Shown piece after piece: positions 18,297 to 28,800 of a stretch of 64,000 nucleotides of DNA (position 1 is its first letter; the number at the start of each line of letters is the position of its first letter). The position numbers were made by a program, and so were the translations under genes. The DNA is from Candidatus Hydrogenedentota bacterium (GTDB taxonomy: Bacteria; Hydrogenedentota; Hydrogenedentia; Hydrogenedentales; SLHB01). The notes below the pieces were generated by a model. That model was not told the DNA's origin, searched no databases, and saw only the letters and a list, made by a program, of their open reading frames with translations. The stretch covers positions 384,001 to 448,000 of the forward strand of contig CAXXYE010000004.1 in assembly GCA_963674865.2 (NCBI GenBank), written 5' to 3'.

Positions 18297-19403
18297 TTGC
18301 CCCAGCCCCTGATAGAGCTGCCATCGACGACGAGGGCCCACCTCATTCTCGTGGCGATCGTCTTCGTGGCCCTCTTTGTAGCCGCCATACTTCTCGATGT
18401 CTGGCGTCGTCGCGCCGCGAGGAAACGCCAGATCGAGGGGGAATGGCGTATGGCCAAAGAGATAGCCGATAGCAAGGCCCTGTCCAAGGACGATTGGCGC
18501 TTCCTGCGGGCCCTTGTCCTGAAGCACGCTCCCTCCGACCCCCTGCGGACCATCACCGTGCGTCAGCATTTCGATCAGTGCGTGGAAGTTGAGATGAAGG
18601 CCCTCAAAGCGGCCGGACGTGCGGAAGCGTTTGACAAGGCCGGTGTTCGCCTACGCGCTATCCGGGGCCGCCTCGGACTCGACTACGTTCCCCTTGGCCA
18701 GCCTATTCACTCGACGCGCGAGTTGAGCGTCGGGCAGCACGTGTGGGTCGCCCCGCTCACCCAGGAGCCGCCGGACTGGTTCCGCGTGGGAGTCGAAGCC
18801 ATTGACGAGGCCCATTTTCACGCGGCCCCGCGCGGTGTGAAAGACGGGGCAACGCCACAGCTTTCCGTAGGAGCGGAAGTGCGCTGCCGGATGTGGCACG
18901 AGGAAGACGCCCGCTACGTTTTCGCGACGAGGGTCGTTCACTACGAGTCCGCCCCGCCGATGTGGGCGTTCGAACACACGTCACACTTGGACCGCGTTCA
19001 GGCACGGGCCTACTATCGGATTCATCACGAGCAAACGGCTATGATAGGCGTTGTCAATGCTCCCTTGGACGATAACCTCTCCGACGTTTCCCAGCGGCCC
19101 GTCATCACAAGGCTTCGGGGGCAAATCATCAGCTTGAGCGCCGGTGGCATTGCCGTTGTTTCCGGACAGCCTATTCCTAAGCAGGTGATTCTGCGAGTTC
19201 CCCTTGAATTGGGCCAAGGCACGTGCTCCACCGTGGACGCGAAGATTGTCGTGGCAACGCCCCTTTCCGCCGGGCGTTACCTCGTGCGTGCGGTTTTCAT
19301 CAACATGGAGGATGATGTCCGAGAAGACATCGCACACTATGTTGTGCAGCGCCAGCAACCTTTGCTCGGTGCGGAGAATCGATGGCCGGAGCGCGCTCAG
19401 TGA
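18297..19403 (+). CDS. Membrane-anchored PilZ-domain (YcgR/flagellar brake-like) c-di-GMP receptor
   Basis: N-terminal TM; QARAYYRI (RxxxR) and SLSAGG (degenerate D/NxSxxG); YcgR-N-like segment. Confidence 0.8.
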   Translation: MPQPLIELPSTTRAHLILVAIVFVALFVAAILLDVWRRRAARKRQIEGEWRMAKEIADSKALSKDDWRFLRALVLKHAPSDPLRTITVRQHFDQCVEVEMKALKAAGRAEAFDKAGVRLRAIRGRLGLDYVPLGQPIHSTRELSVGQHVWVAPLTQEPPDWFRVGVEAIDEAHFHAAPRGVKDGATPQLSVGAEVRCRMWHEEDARYVFATRVVHYESAPPMWAFEHTSHLDRVQARAYYRIHHEQTAMIGVVNAPLDDNLSDVSQRPVITRLRGQIISLSAGGIAVVSGQPIPKQVILRVPLELGQGTCSTVDAKIVVATPLSAGRYLVRAVFINMEDDVREDIAHYVVQRQQPLLGAENRWPERAQ

Positions 19404-20119
19404 ACGTGTTACGGGAGGCCATTCAAGTAGTCCATCGGAACATCCTCTGTGTTCTTGTCTATGCCCTCATATCGGTGCTGGCGGACGGCGTGAGGCTTGG
19501 GGGGGACTCCCTAGCGAGATTGCTTTTTCATGTTGAGGCGCCCGACGCCCTGCCGGCGGCATATTACTTGTTTGCGGATGTGGCCCTGTCGGCTGTGTAC
19601 GCCCTCATTCAGACGCTCATCTTCACTTGGCTGGGGCGCGAGATAGACAAGCCCTTGTATAAGATCGCGGTGCCGGGTGAGGCCATGAAGCGTTTCTTCG
19701 CAATGTGGTTGCTGTTCGGACTGGTTAGCCTGACGCTCTTCCGATTGTCTCTCAGCCAGCATACCGCCGATAACCTCGAACTGGCTCAGGTGCTACTCCT
19801 CGCATTCGTCATGTTTGAGGCGTTTAGCATTCCTGTCGGCGCCTGCGTGATGTTTCGCGGGAGCTTCGAATGGCGTTCCCTGCTGGACGCGCTCAGTCCC
19901 CTCTGGCGACAATTTCACGCAGCTCTTGGCGTGCTGCTTGTAAGTCTTATGCAGGTCCTACTCGTCCTGGGACTGATTGTCTGGCTGGCGCCGTACAGGG
20001 CGCTGCTTCTTCTGGTAGACGTGGCTGCCGCGTACCTCGCCTGCCTCGTCTTTGCCGGCGTATGGCTTGTGTGTATGTCGGACAGAGATTCCGACGACGA
20101 GCCCGAGTACCATTTCTAG
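19400..20119 (+). CDS. Hypothetical multi-pass membrane protein
   Basis: About six hydrophobic helices; GTGA overlap with upstream stop. Confidence 0.75.
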   Translation: MNVLREAIQVVHRNILCVLVYALISVLADGVRLGGDSLARLLFHVEAPDALPAAYYLFADVALSAVYALIQTLIFTWLGREIDKPLYKIAVPGEAMKRFFAMWLLFGLVSLTLFRLSLSQHTADNLELAQVLLLAFVMFEAFSIPVGACVMFRGSFEWRSLLDALSPLWRQFHAALGVLLVSLMQVLLVLGLIVWLAPYRALLLLVDVAAAYLACLVFAGVWLVCMSDRDSDDEPEYHF

Positions 20120-20157
20120 TCTTGTGAGGCGTCCTTGAGCAGCAACCGGAACATGCT

Positions 20158-20736
20158 ATGACCACTCGCCGCGCACATAGGCCCGCGCCTCCCATGCAAG
20201 TCTCCGGGCGCATCCTCCGAGGATGTCTTTTCGCCGTGGGAATTGCTGTAGCTCTGGTGGTGGCCGGAGTCGTGTCGCTGCTCATCGTGAGTTGGCGCAG
20301 GCCGGAGGATAGCCCTCTCGCGCGAATGTATCGCACCGAGGCCGATCTTGCCGCCCTCGCCAAGGCGGTGGCCATGTACGCGGAGGCGCACAGCGTCTAC
20401 CCGCCGCCCGGCCAAGTGGGACTGCGCCTGGCAACCGACTATGTGTCGCGCGACACGGCCTACTTCCCCGATGGGCCGCCTCCGGACGGATGGGAACGGC
20501 CCTATCGGTATGTGCCAAGCTCCGAGTACGCCGCAAAGAACTCCGGCGCGTGCCGTGTGGAGGGAGAATTCGCCGCGCCCGGCGCCTTCCAGCTCTACTC
20601 TCTGGGCGCCGACGGCGTCGCCGGCCTTGACGACGCGGCCCAACAAGCGGACAATATCACCAGTTGGGACCCGTCAAAAGCATGGCGGGCAATCTATCAC
20701 GAACAAGAAGTGGCGTTTAGACGCAAACGGCGGTGA
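20158..20736 (+). CDS. Type II secretion GspG C-terminal-domain protein
   Basis: TM then DLAALAKAVAMY...YPP...DGWERPYRY...FQLYSLGADG...DNITSW. Confidence 0.75.
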   Translation: MTTRRAHRPAPPMQVSGRILRGCLFAVGIAVALVVAGVVSLLIVSWRRPEDSPLARMYRTEADLAALAKAVAMYAEAHSVYPPPGQVGLRLATDYVSRDTAYFPDGPPPDGWERPYRYVPSSEYAAKNSGACRVEGEFAAPGAFQLYSLGADGVAGLDDAAQQADNITSWDPSKAWRAIYHEQEVAFRRKRR

Positions 20737-20852
20737 TGGGCTCTTGTCAGGGGGCGGATCGGCAAGGCAATGCACCGGAGAATGCGAACGGAAACGTATC
20801 GCCGCAACGGAGCCCCCTTTTGACGAAACGGGCGAACGTATGAGGCGAGCGC

Positions 20853-22160
20853 ATGAAACTTAGTTTACCTTACGGTGAGACCTTTCTAGAGGCCGATATC
20901 GACTGGGGCCGCTTCCTCGGCGTTGTCGATATCGCTGACCGCCCGGCGGCGCCTAGCGTCGATGACGCGGTGGCCGCGGCTCTCAATCATCCCATTGGAC
21001 TTGAGAAGAGGCTTGTCGATATGGTCTCCGCCGGCGACACATGCGCCCTGCTGGTGTCCGACAGCTTCCGTCAGACTCGGGCGGATCAGATTCTGCCCAT
21101 TCTTGTGGATGCACTCAACGAGGGAGGTATTCCTGACGAGGATATCGTACTCGTCTTTGCCACCGGCACGCATCGCGCACCTACACCTGAGGAGCAGCGG
21201 GCCATTCTTGGCCCGGCTATCGCCGAGCGTTTTCACGGGCGAACGCTCGTCCACGATCCGCACGATGAGGATAATCTCACCTTCGTGGCAACGACGCCGC
21301 GAGGCACGCCCGTGTTCATCAACCGGCGTGTCTATGAATGCGACAGAATCATCGCGACCGGCGCTGTCGTACTCCATTACTTCGCCGGATTCGGGGGCGG
21401 TCGAAAAGCTATTGTGCCGGGGATTGCCGGCGTTGAGACTATCGCGCACAACCATGCCATGAACCTGGATCCGCATCGAGGCAGGACGAATCCGGCCGTC
21501 CGCATCGGTGTCCTCGACGGCAATCCCGTCGCCGAGGACATGCTGGATGCGGCCCGCCTCGTCAATCCGGATTTCATCGTCAACACGGTGCTCAACCGCG
21601 AGGGGCAAATCGCCGGCGTCTTCGCCGGTGAGATGGATGCGGCCCACCGGGCGGCGGCCGCCTTCGCATGTGGACTCTTCGCCGTGCCCATCGCGGAGCC
21701 GGCGGATCTCGTCATTGCCGCTTCCGCCCACACGCGCAATTTCGTGCAGACGCACAAAGCGCTTTTCAATGCCTACCAGGCGGTGAAGCCTTCCGGGAGG
21801 ATTATTCTCCTGGCGCCTTGCGAGGAGGGGCTGGGAGGGGAGCAATTCGGCCAATGGCTACGGCTACCGGGCCGGGCGGAGATTATCGCCGCGTTGCGTG
21901 AGCAGTCCGAGATCAATGGCCAAACCGCTCTCTCCACCATCGGGAAAGGCCCTATTACCCTTGTGGTAACCGAGATGGCAGAGCGCGATGTCGCCATGCT
22001 CCGGGCGGAGAAGGCCGACTCGCTTCACACCGCTCTCGAACTTGTCCGGAAGGAATTGCCCGATGATCCAACGTATTGGGTGATGCCTTCGGCCGCCTAT
22101 AGCGTACCTTTCCTCGGGAGCCTGCCTGATCCGATTGGGGGCGGAACTACGTCATCTTGA
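20853..22160 (+). CDS. larA: LarA family nickel-pincer-dependent racemase/epimerase
   Basis: ALNHPIG, ATGTHR, HYFAGFGGGRKAIVPG, GNPVAEDM. Confidence 0.85.
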   Translation: MKLSLPYGETFLEADIDWGRFLGVVDIADRPAAPSVDDAVAAALNHPIGLEKRLVDMVSAGDTCALLVSDSFRQTRADQILPILVDALNEGGIPDEDIVLVFATGTHRAPTPEEQRAILGPAIAERFHGRTLVHDPHDEDNLTFVATTPRGTPVFINRRVYECDRIIATGAVVLHYFAGFGGGRKAIVPGIAGVETIAHNHAMNLDPHRGRTNPAVRIGVLDGNPVAEDMLDAARLVNPDFIVNTVLNREGQIAGVFAGEMDAAHRAAAAFACGLFAVPIAEPADLVIAASAHTRNFVQTHKALFNAYQAVKPSGRIILLAPCEEGLGGEQFGQWLRLPGRAEIIAALREQSEINGQTALSTIGKGPITLVVTEMAERDVAMLRAEKADSLHTALELVRKELPDDPTYWVMPSAAYSVPFLGSLPDPIGGGTTSS

Positions 22161-22222
22161 CGCGGACCCTCGCCCCAAGGTAGAACCGCTTTCAGCGCGA
22201 TGGCACGGGAGCGAGGAACAGC

Positions 22223-23866
22223 GTGGCCGAACTGCACAAATCGGATCTGACGCAGATTCAAGAAGAAAACCTGAAGGCGCGGAGCGCCGCTGCCGGCTCG
22301 TGCTCTGACTTGGCCCACTTCTACGCAGTCTTGGGCGAACTCAGCGCACTCCGCGACCTGGAATCGCGCGCCCAGCCCGGCGATGCGTTGGGCCTTCTCA
22401 CTCTGGATGTCGCCCTCCTCGGTGAAGAGGCGGGCCGCTACGAACGCGTAGCGACACAACTGGAAGGCCAGAGCGACCCCTGGCTCTATTACACGGTGGG
22501 CAAGTTCCTCCTCGGCCAGGACCGCGTGGCGGAGGCGGTGCGCGTCGCCGTGTGGGCCATTGCGGCGGATCCCAAGAACACCGTCGTCCTCAATCTCATC
22601 GTTGAGTACCTCGCCCATAAGGGCGACTTCGCACTGGCCGCCGAACTGGCAGAGCGTGCGGTGAAGCGCAATCCGCAGCAGCGGGATATGGAGGCGTTCT
22701 TGACAAGCGCCTCGCGTGATGCGAGTGGCTTCCCCGAGCCTTATCTCGATGTGCGCCCCCGTTACGAGCAGGTTTCCTTCTACCTCCCGGTGCACAATGT
22801 CGAGCGCTTCATCCGCGCGACCCTCGAAGGATTGGTGCATCAGTGCTATCCCCTGCACGAGATCCTCGTCATTGACGATGGCAGCGAAGACGGCTCCATC
22901 GAGTTCGCCCAAACCTTTCCGGTGCGAATCATCCGGCATAGGCAGAACAAGGGACTTGCGGCCGCGCGGAACACTGCCTTTCAACACGCCGCCACGCCGT
23001 TTCTCGGCGCCTTGGATACCGATGCGACGCCGGAGCCCGGCCTGACGAAGTACATGATGATGGAGTTCGAGAATGCGTCGCCTGATGTCGTCGGCGTCGG
23101 CGGTCGGCTCATCGAGCACTACCAGGACAACGCGCCCGACCACTGGCGCGCCGTCAACCTGACGCAAGATCCCGGCGGATTCCGCATCGCCCCCGCAGGC
23201 GCCATCACCGGCTCGAAGACGATTTTCCGGCGCGATGCCGTCCTGGAAGTAGGCGGTTACAACGAGAAATATCGCACGAATAACGAGGACGTCGACCTCT
23301 GCGCCAGGCTCACCGACCGCGGCTACACCCTCGTCAACACGCCCTACGCCATCGCTCACCACATGCGCACCGATACTGTCCAGAGCGCTTTGCGTACTTG
23401 CTGGAACTGGACGTTTTGGGGGCGCTATGAGGCGGGCGGATTCAGGTCGAAGGAGCAGGTGTTCCACAACCTTTGCGTCGAGGTCGAGAACGCGCTGACA
23501 CTCATCGAGGCCGACGAGCGCGAAGGCCACGCGGACTTGCTCTACATCGATTTCCTGTATCCCTTCCACGCCGCGTGCATGGATCTGGACTTTGCGGTGA
23601 AGGAGAGCGTCGTCACCCCCGAGGAGGCGTCTGCCGTCAAGGACACGACGCTCCAAGTCATTCCCGGACTGAACGCCCGCTTCGGCCCGAGGCTATACGA
23701 GGCCGTCCGGCGCGACCTGAGCCATTTCGTGCCGTCAAACGCGGCCAATCCCTCCGAAAACAAGGCGGATTTCCCCGGTTTCGGCGATTTTCTGGCCACG
23801 TTGAAGCAGATTCTGGGCGCGTTTGATGACGTGTGGTATGAGAAGGTGGCCGAAGCCGCCGGATAG
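22223..23866 (+). CDS. TPR-containing family 2 glycosyltransferase
   Basis: N-terminal TPR-like helices; YLPVHN, VIDDGSEDGS, NKGLAAARN, LDTD, EDVDL. Confidence 0.88.
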   Translation: MAELHKSDLTQIQEENLKARSAAAGSCSDLAHFYAVLGELSALRDLESRAQPGDALGLLTLDVALLGEEAGRYERVATQLEGQSDPWLYYTVGKFLLGQDRVAEAVRVAVWAIAADPKNTVVLNLIVEYLAHKGDFALAAELAERAVKRNPQQRDMEAFLTSASRDASGFPEPYLDVRPRYEQVSFYLPVHNVERFIRATLEGLVHQCYPLHEILVIDDGSEDGSIEFAQTFPVRIIRHRQNKGLAAARNTAFQHAATPFLGALDTDATPEPGLTKYMMMEFENASPDVVGVGGRLIEHYQDNAPDHWRAVNLTQDPGGFRIAPAGAITGSKTIFRRDAVLEVGGYNEKYRTNNEDVDLCARLTDRGYTLVNTPYAIAHHMRTDTVQSALRTCWNWTFWGRYEAGGFRSKEQVFHNLCVEVENALTLIEADEREGHADLLYIDFLYPFHAACMDLDFAVKESVVTPEEASAVKDTTLQVIPGLNARFGPRLYEAVRRDLSHFVPSNAANPSENKADFPGFGDFLATLKQILGAFDDVWYEKVAEAAG

Positions 23867-23870
23867 CCGC

Positions 23871-25190
23871 TCAAACGCGGCCCGAGCGCATGAGTCGTTC
23901 CAGGCGGACATTGCCGTCGGCTTCGGCGGCATCATCCCCCTGCACGGCGCCGGCGTACTTATCGAGCTGTCCCTTCGCCTTGAGGGTGTGGAGGGGTGTG
24001 CCCTCGATGGTGGCGGTGCCGGATGCTTGGGCCGTGTCAAGGGGGAGGGAGTTTATCAGGCGCTTGGTGTCGTTGATCTGCGCTTCCGTTTCACCGGGGA
24101 GGCCGAGGGTGAAGGTCCCGTGGACGGTCATCCCGAGCCGTTTCAGTTCGTAAACGACGGCGCAGGCATGATCCAGGTCGAGGTCCTTGCGGATGATGTT
24201 GTCGAGGACCCACTGATTTCCGCTCTCGATGCCGATCTTCACGCCGAAGCAGCCGCTCTCCTTCATGGCCGCCCAGGTGGTCATCGAAATGGTATCAGGG
24301 CGGCACATGGCCGACCAGCGGACGCCGATCCGCTGCATCACCTCGCACACGCCCAGGACGTGCTTGTCGCCGAGATTGAATGTATCGTCGTCGAAATAGA
24401 TGGTTTTGAAGTGGTAGCGCTCGATGAGTTCCGTCAGGAAGGCTTCCAAGTAGTCGGGAGTGTACTTCCGGACGAGGCGGCGGCCCGCGCCATCCGGGTC
24501 ATTCCCCGTCATGGTGGCCGGCCAGACGCAGAAAATGCAGCGGTACGGGCAGCCGCGGCTGCTCCACACCTGGGCGTGGGGGCGGATGTGGCCCGGGGGG
24601 CTGCCGTCCCAATAGCGCTTCGCGTGGAGCGGGTCGTAGTGGGGGAAGGGGGCGGCGTTCATCTCGTGGAGGTTCAGGAAATCGAAGTCGATGACGCCGG
24701 ACTCGCCGTTGATAACGCGAACGCTGCCCTTCTCGTACTCGCCTTTGATACAGGCGTGGATGGGATGCTGCGAGAGAAATTCCTCCGCGCGGCTGGTGAC
24801 GGGCGGGCCCGTGAGGACGATGCGCGTTTCGGGGCAGCGGCGGTGGATCTCGTCGACCACGCCGCAATCATGCTCCCAACTCGGACTCGATGTCTCGATG
24901 AAGACATAGTCGAACCGCTCGTGGGTGAGGAGCCGGTAATACTTTTCGTAGGATTCGCGTAGGGCGATGCTATCGCGGAAGCGCACGTCGGCGTCCGTCT
25001 TGTCCTTGGCGTACGAGGCGGCATAGCCCATGAAGAACGGGTAGGGGAGGTAATCGCCGAACCGGAAGTGATCCGGATTCGACCGGACGCCGCCGGTGGC
25101 CGGCCAACGCGAGCCAGCACGCACCCCGGCCACCCAGTAGCCATTCTCGCGCCGCACCCACCAAGGCGGGTTGCTGAACAAGACCTTCAC
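23871..25190 (-). CDS. B12-binding radical SAM protein (class B methyltransferase-like)
   Basis: SRGCPYRCIFC, YFDDDTFN, GIESG, FTLGLPGET; N-terminal cobalamin-binding-like domain; AAGGAG RBS. Confidence 0.88.
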   Translation of the reverse strand: MKVLFSNPPWWVRRENGYWVAGVRAGSRWPATGGVRSNPDHFRFGDYLPYPFFMGYAASYAKDKTDADVRFRDSIALRESYEKYYRLLTHERFDYVFIETSSPSWEHDCGVVDEIHRRCPETRIVLTGPPVTSRAEEFLSQHPIHACIKGEYEKGSVRVINGESGVIDFDFLNLHEMNAAPFPHYDPLHAKRYWDGSPPGHIRPHAQVWSSRGCPYRCIFCVWPATMTGNDPDGAGRRLVRKYTPDYLEAFLTELIERYHFKTIYFDDDTFNLGDKHVLGVCEVMQRIGVRWSAMCRPDTISMTTWAAMKESGCFGVKIGIESGNQWVLDNIIRKDLDLDHACAVVYELKRLGMTVHGTFTLGLPGETEAQINDTKRLINSLPLDTAQASGTATIEGTPLHTLKAKGQLDKYAGAVQGDDAAEADGNVRLERLMRSGRV

Positions 25191-25254
25191 GCGTAACTCC
25201 TTTGACGGGGCGGCCTAGGGGCCAACCACCGCGGACAGGCCAGCCCTCTTCCCG

Positions 25255-25282
25255 TTATCGGCATACTGCGCCATCGACTGTA
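25255..25282 (-). promoter_or_regulatory. Putative sigma28 promoter upstream of the radical SAM gene
   Basis: TACA-N16-GCCGATAA (perfect -10 box), 65 nt upstream of the GTG. Confidence 0.55.
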
Positions 25283-25314
25283 GCCGATGCAAAGGGCCGG
25301 CCCGGGCATTTTCT

Positions 25315-25377
25315 GACAGGATTCACATGATTTGCATGATTTCCGCGCTCAATCTTGCGGAACTTGCCAATCCTTGG
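25315..25377. repeat. 9-bp periodic repeat with degenerate inverted arm
   Basis: GACAGGATT CACATGATT TGCATGATT ... AATCTTGCG GAACTTGCC AATCCTTGG. Confidence 0.6.
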
Positions 25378-25491
25378 GATTCTTGGCGGTGTTTGCTGCC
25401 CAGCCGATCCCGATGTGTAAGACTCGACCCTCCCGTTGGACTGTATCTTGCGGTTTTTCACGTCCCTGAGCACGAGAGAACCTTCCGGAAG

Positions 25492-25538
25492 AGGGGACAC
25501 GTAGTCGCGCCGGAGACGGCGCTTGGAACATGTCCCCT
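25492..25538. repeat. REP-like nested hairpin
   Basis: AGGGGACA...GCGCCG-GAGA-CGGCGC...TGTCCCCT. Confidence 0.55.
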
Positions 25539-25854
25539 GTTCCTCCGCTATTCGATGGCTCTCTGGCCACCCCCTTAAACCTACTCTGCCCTCTACTCTA
25601 TAGTCCACCTCGTTGCATCCTTCCCGGCGGAAAAGGTTGGTGTGCATGAGGATAGGGTCGCAGGACGACGGAAGCGCCTTGGCACTGGGCGGAGACACCT
25701 GGTGAGAAAAGGTCCGCGAAACAAGGGGGATTTAGTAAACAGAGATGTACAATAATGAGTACTATACTACTAGTGCTTGTTTTGGCGCTTTGGCGAGCAA
25801 CGCTGAATACGGGGGATATCAGCTTGCGAAGTCAAACCGTGGGAGTGCGTCCGA

Positions 25855-28800
25855 CTAATCGGCCCCGCGCAGGAGCATGGGCATGAGAACGGCGTAGATC
25901 TTCTCCTGCATTTCCTCGTCGGCCGTGCGGCTCTCGATGAAGGCTCGGACTTGGCGCTCGCGGTGGAGGGCAAATCTCTCGTACTCCGTGTGGACTCGGG
26001 CGCATTCGTCGTCGTCGTAAGGGATTCGGACAAAACCGCGTCTGCACGTACTGGCAACCAGGACAACCAGGTTGACTTGGGCGTCACTCCTGACTTCGAG
26101 GATGGCAACGCTCCGCTTCTTGCCGTTCGAGAATCGCACACCGTGAGGGATGTGGAGATCGTGTAGAGGCTCTGGAGCGCCCTCTTGGGGAAGCTCATAG
26201 GTGTCGTATGGTTTTGCGGCGTCGATGAAATCCGGGTCGTAGTGACGAAAAAGTCCTGGCTCCTTCTCAAGCATCTCCTGGAAGACTTGCGAGGCGAGTT
26301 CCTCGGGCCTGGCGGCCCCTTTGCGCTTCGCTTTCTTCTTGTTGGCGATGGCTTTCTCTTCCTTTTGACGGGTCCATTCGAAGAAGTCGCGCAGGTAGGC
26401 GTAAAGCCGATCTATCAGTTCCCGTCGTTGCCTCTTGGAGCGGACGCCGAGCATCTGCAAGACAGCATCGTCGAGCGCGCGTCGGTCATCCATATCCAAT
26501 TCGCACTCGTCGCTGAGGTCCTTGAGCTGCTCCTCCTTACCGGCCTGCCGGTAAGCCATCTCGCGCATCCGCCGCTCGGAAAGGAACTGGACTGGACGAC
26601 GCCTCATCAATCGAGAGAATGTCCGTGCGATTTCCTCCGACTGTCTGGAGGTCCCGAGCCGGGGATCAGGAACAAGCATGGCGTTGACATCAACAACTTC
26701 GGTCTTGAAGTTGCCCTCGACACCAACAGGACGCCCGAACTGGAATTTCGAGAGGATTGTCACGGATGAGTTCAGGATCCCAGCCATAACACGGGAAGGC
26801 GTTTCTGCCGACAGATTAACATCGTAGAGGTTGCAGTTGCACTGAAGATTGGCGTCGTTCGTAGGAACCGCATGCTTGTATTGCTGAGACTTGGGCCAGA
26901 AAAGGGCGCCACGCTGGTGTCCAGTAAGATCGTACCACTCTCGTTCCTGCGTGACGCGACTGGCGCACGTCGCACCGGTGTGGAAGTTCCTTGATTCCCC
27001 CCACTTGATGTAGTCGAGAACGTGAGTTCCTTCTAGCTTCTCCCTCGGCTCGCCGGCCAGAAGGATTAGTCTTGAACAGTCTTCTGGTTCAACCGAGAAT
27101 CTGTCCACCTCCATGAGGCTGTGGACCTCCGGTTCGAGGTATTGTGCCTCGATGGGCCTGATCTCGCCTCTTCCTTCGCCACACTTGACAAGCTTGAGCT
27201 GTCCGGATGCCACGTCACAGCGGGGCACGCCGTACGTAATGAGAAAGGTTTCGGGGTCGGTGTGATTGGCCAGGCAATCAGCGCTGCCATCGATGGGATA
27301 GAAGAAGCAGTCCTTGCCGCTTTTCACGCCAAAACGGACATCGGCGAGTTCACCGAGAGGCGCAAAGCGCTTCCCATAGTCATCGAGGAGTTGGAACCAG
27401 AGGTCGGGGGCTCTGAGGTGGACGCCCCACTTGCCGCCGTAGTACTCGCCTGTCTGTGAGTGGGAGTCTTCATCGCCCGGGTCCTTCGACTTGCCCATAA
27501 TGACGCCAAGTTTGACGCCATCGTCCCACAGGGCGCCCTGGCGCACGAGGCGGGCGCGGTAGCGCTCGTTCGACGTGTTCTCCTTGAGAGAGAGGATTTC
27601 GTCGCGGAAGGCATCGGCGGCAAGGATCGCACCAGCCGTTGTGCCGTCATGGGCTATGATCTGGGCAACCGGCCGGCGCAATTGGACGAACCGGACGGTG
27701 TTGTCCATCCGTTTCTTCTCATCGAGTTGCCGGCGGAGGATGGTTACTGTTGTAGCTACTCGGGCGCCGACAAACCACGGTTCGTCAATGCTTTCCAGGA
27801 CGGCGAGTATATCGAAGTTGCGCAGGATGTACTCCTGAAGGCGGAAGCCGTATTCAACGTCAAGCCATTGACTCGACGTGAGGAGACAAAGGTAGGCGTC
27901 CGGCTTGAGAAAGGAGGCGGCGTGGGGCCAGAAGTAGCAGTGGATGTCGCTGCGTCCGGGAAGGATGGCGCCTTGCTCATCGGCCACCAACTTCTGGTAG
28001 TACTCCTTTGTGCCGGGCTCGGGGCCTCCCTTTCCTCTCCTCTTGGCCTTCGGGATTCCCTCCTGCCGAATATAGGGAGGATTGCCCACCACAGCGTCCA
28101 GAGGAGCTATGGTGACCTCGCGGTGCTGAAGATTGCCGAGTCCGTTGGAAGTGTTTCGCTTCGGAAGGGCAACGAATGGGCGGTCCGAAACGACATCGAA
28201 GAAGTCTTTTCGGACGACCTGAGGATAGTTCTCGGCCTCGACCAGGTCGCGTGTGGCAAGGTTGATGGTGGTAAGGTGGGCAGCAAAGCTGGAGTAGTCC
28301 ACGCCGTAGAGATCCGACAGGAGCTGGCCATGCTTGCGGGCGGGGGCCAATTCGCGTTTTCGGGCATACGCGCGCACGAGGAATGTGCCGCCGCCGCAGG
28401 CAGGATCCATCACTTTCTCGTCGCCTCGACGGATGCAGAAGCTGTTGATCAGGTCGACAATCTCAACACGGGTGTAGAACTGCCCGTACTTGTGCCGTTC
28501 CTCCGGCCCGATGAGGCGCTCGAAGATGTTGCCGATAACCTCGTAGTCCAGCTTCGAAAAGTCGAATTCGTGAATCTGACTAATGAGCACGCGCCAGTGA
28601 GGTGCCGCGCCGTCGGCGTAGAATGGAATGCGGTTCCCGATGCCGTGGTGCTCCTCGCCGAAGACTGTCTCATAGTCCCCGGTGGTATTCTTGGCTCGGG
28701 CAAAAGAGCCTTCGAGGTGCGTGCGGAGCGCATCACCTGTGTCGATGTGTTCGGGAACTGAGAGCCCGTCCATTCTCGTGCCGTAGCGCTTGAGAAGGGC

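Noticed and set aside
22097..24962. 519-aa and 379-aa ORFs opposite the GT2 and radical SAM genes
   Set aside because: Shadow ORFs of well-supported genes
25255..25698. 147-aa minus-strand ORF downstream of the RM gene
   Set aside because: No recognisable motif or RBS; runs through repeats and a likely promoter
27460..28761. 433-aa plus-strand ORF inside the RM gene
   Set aside because: Antisense shadow
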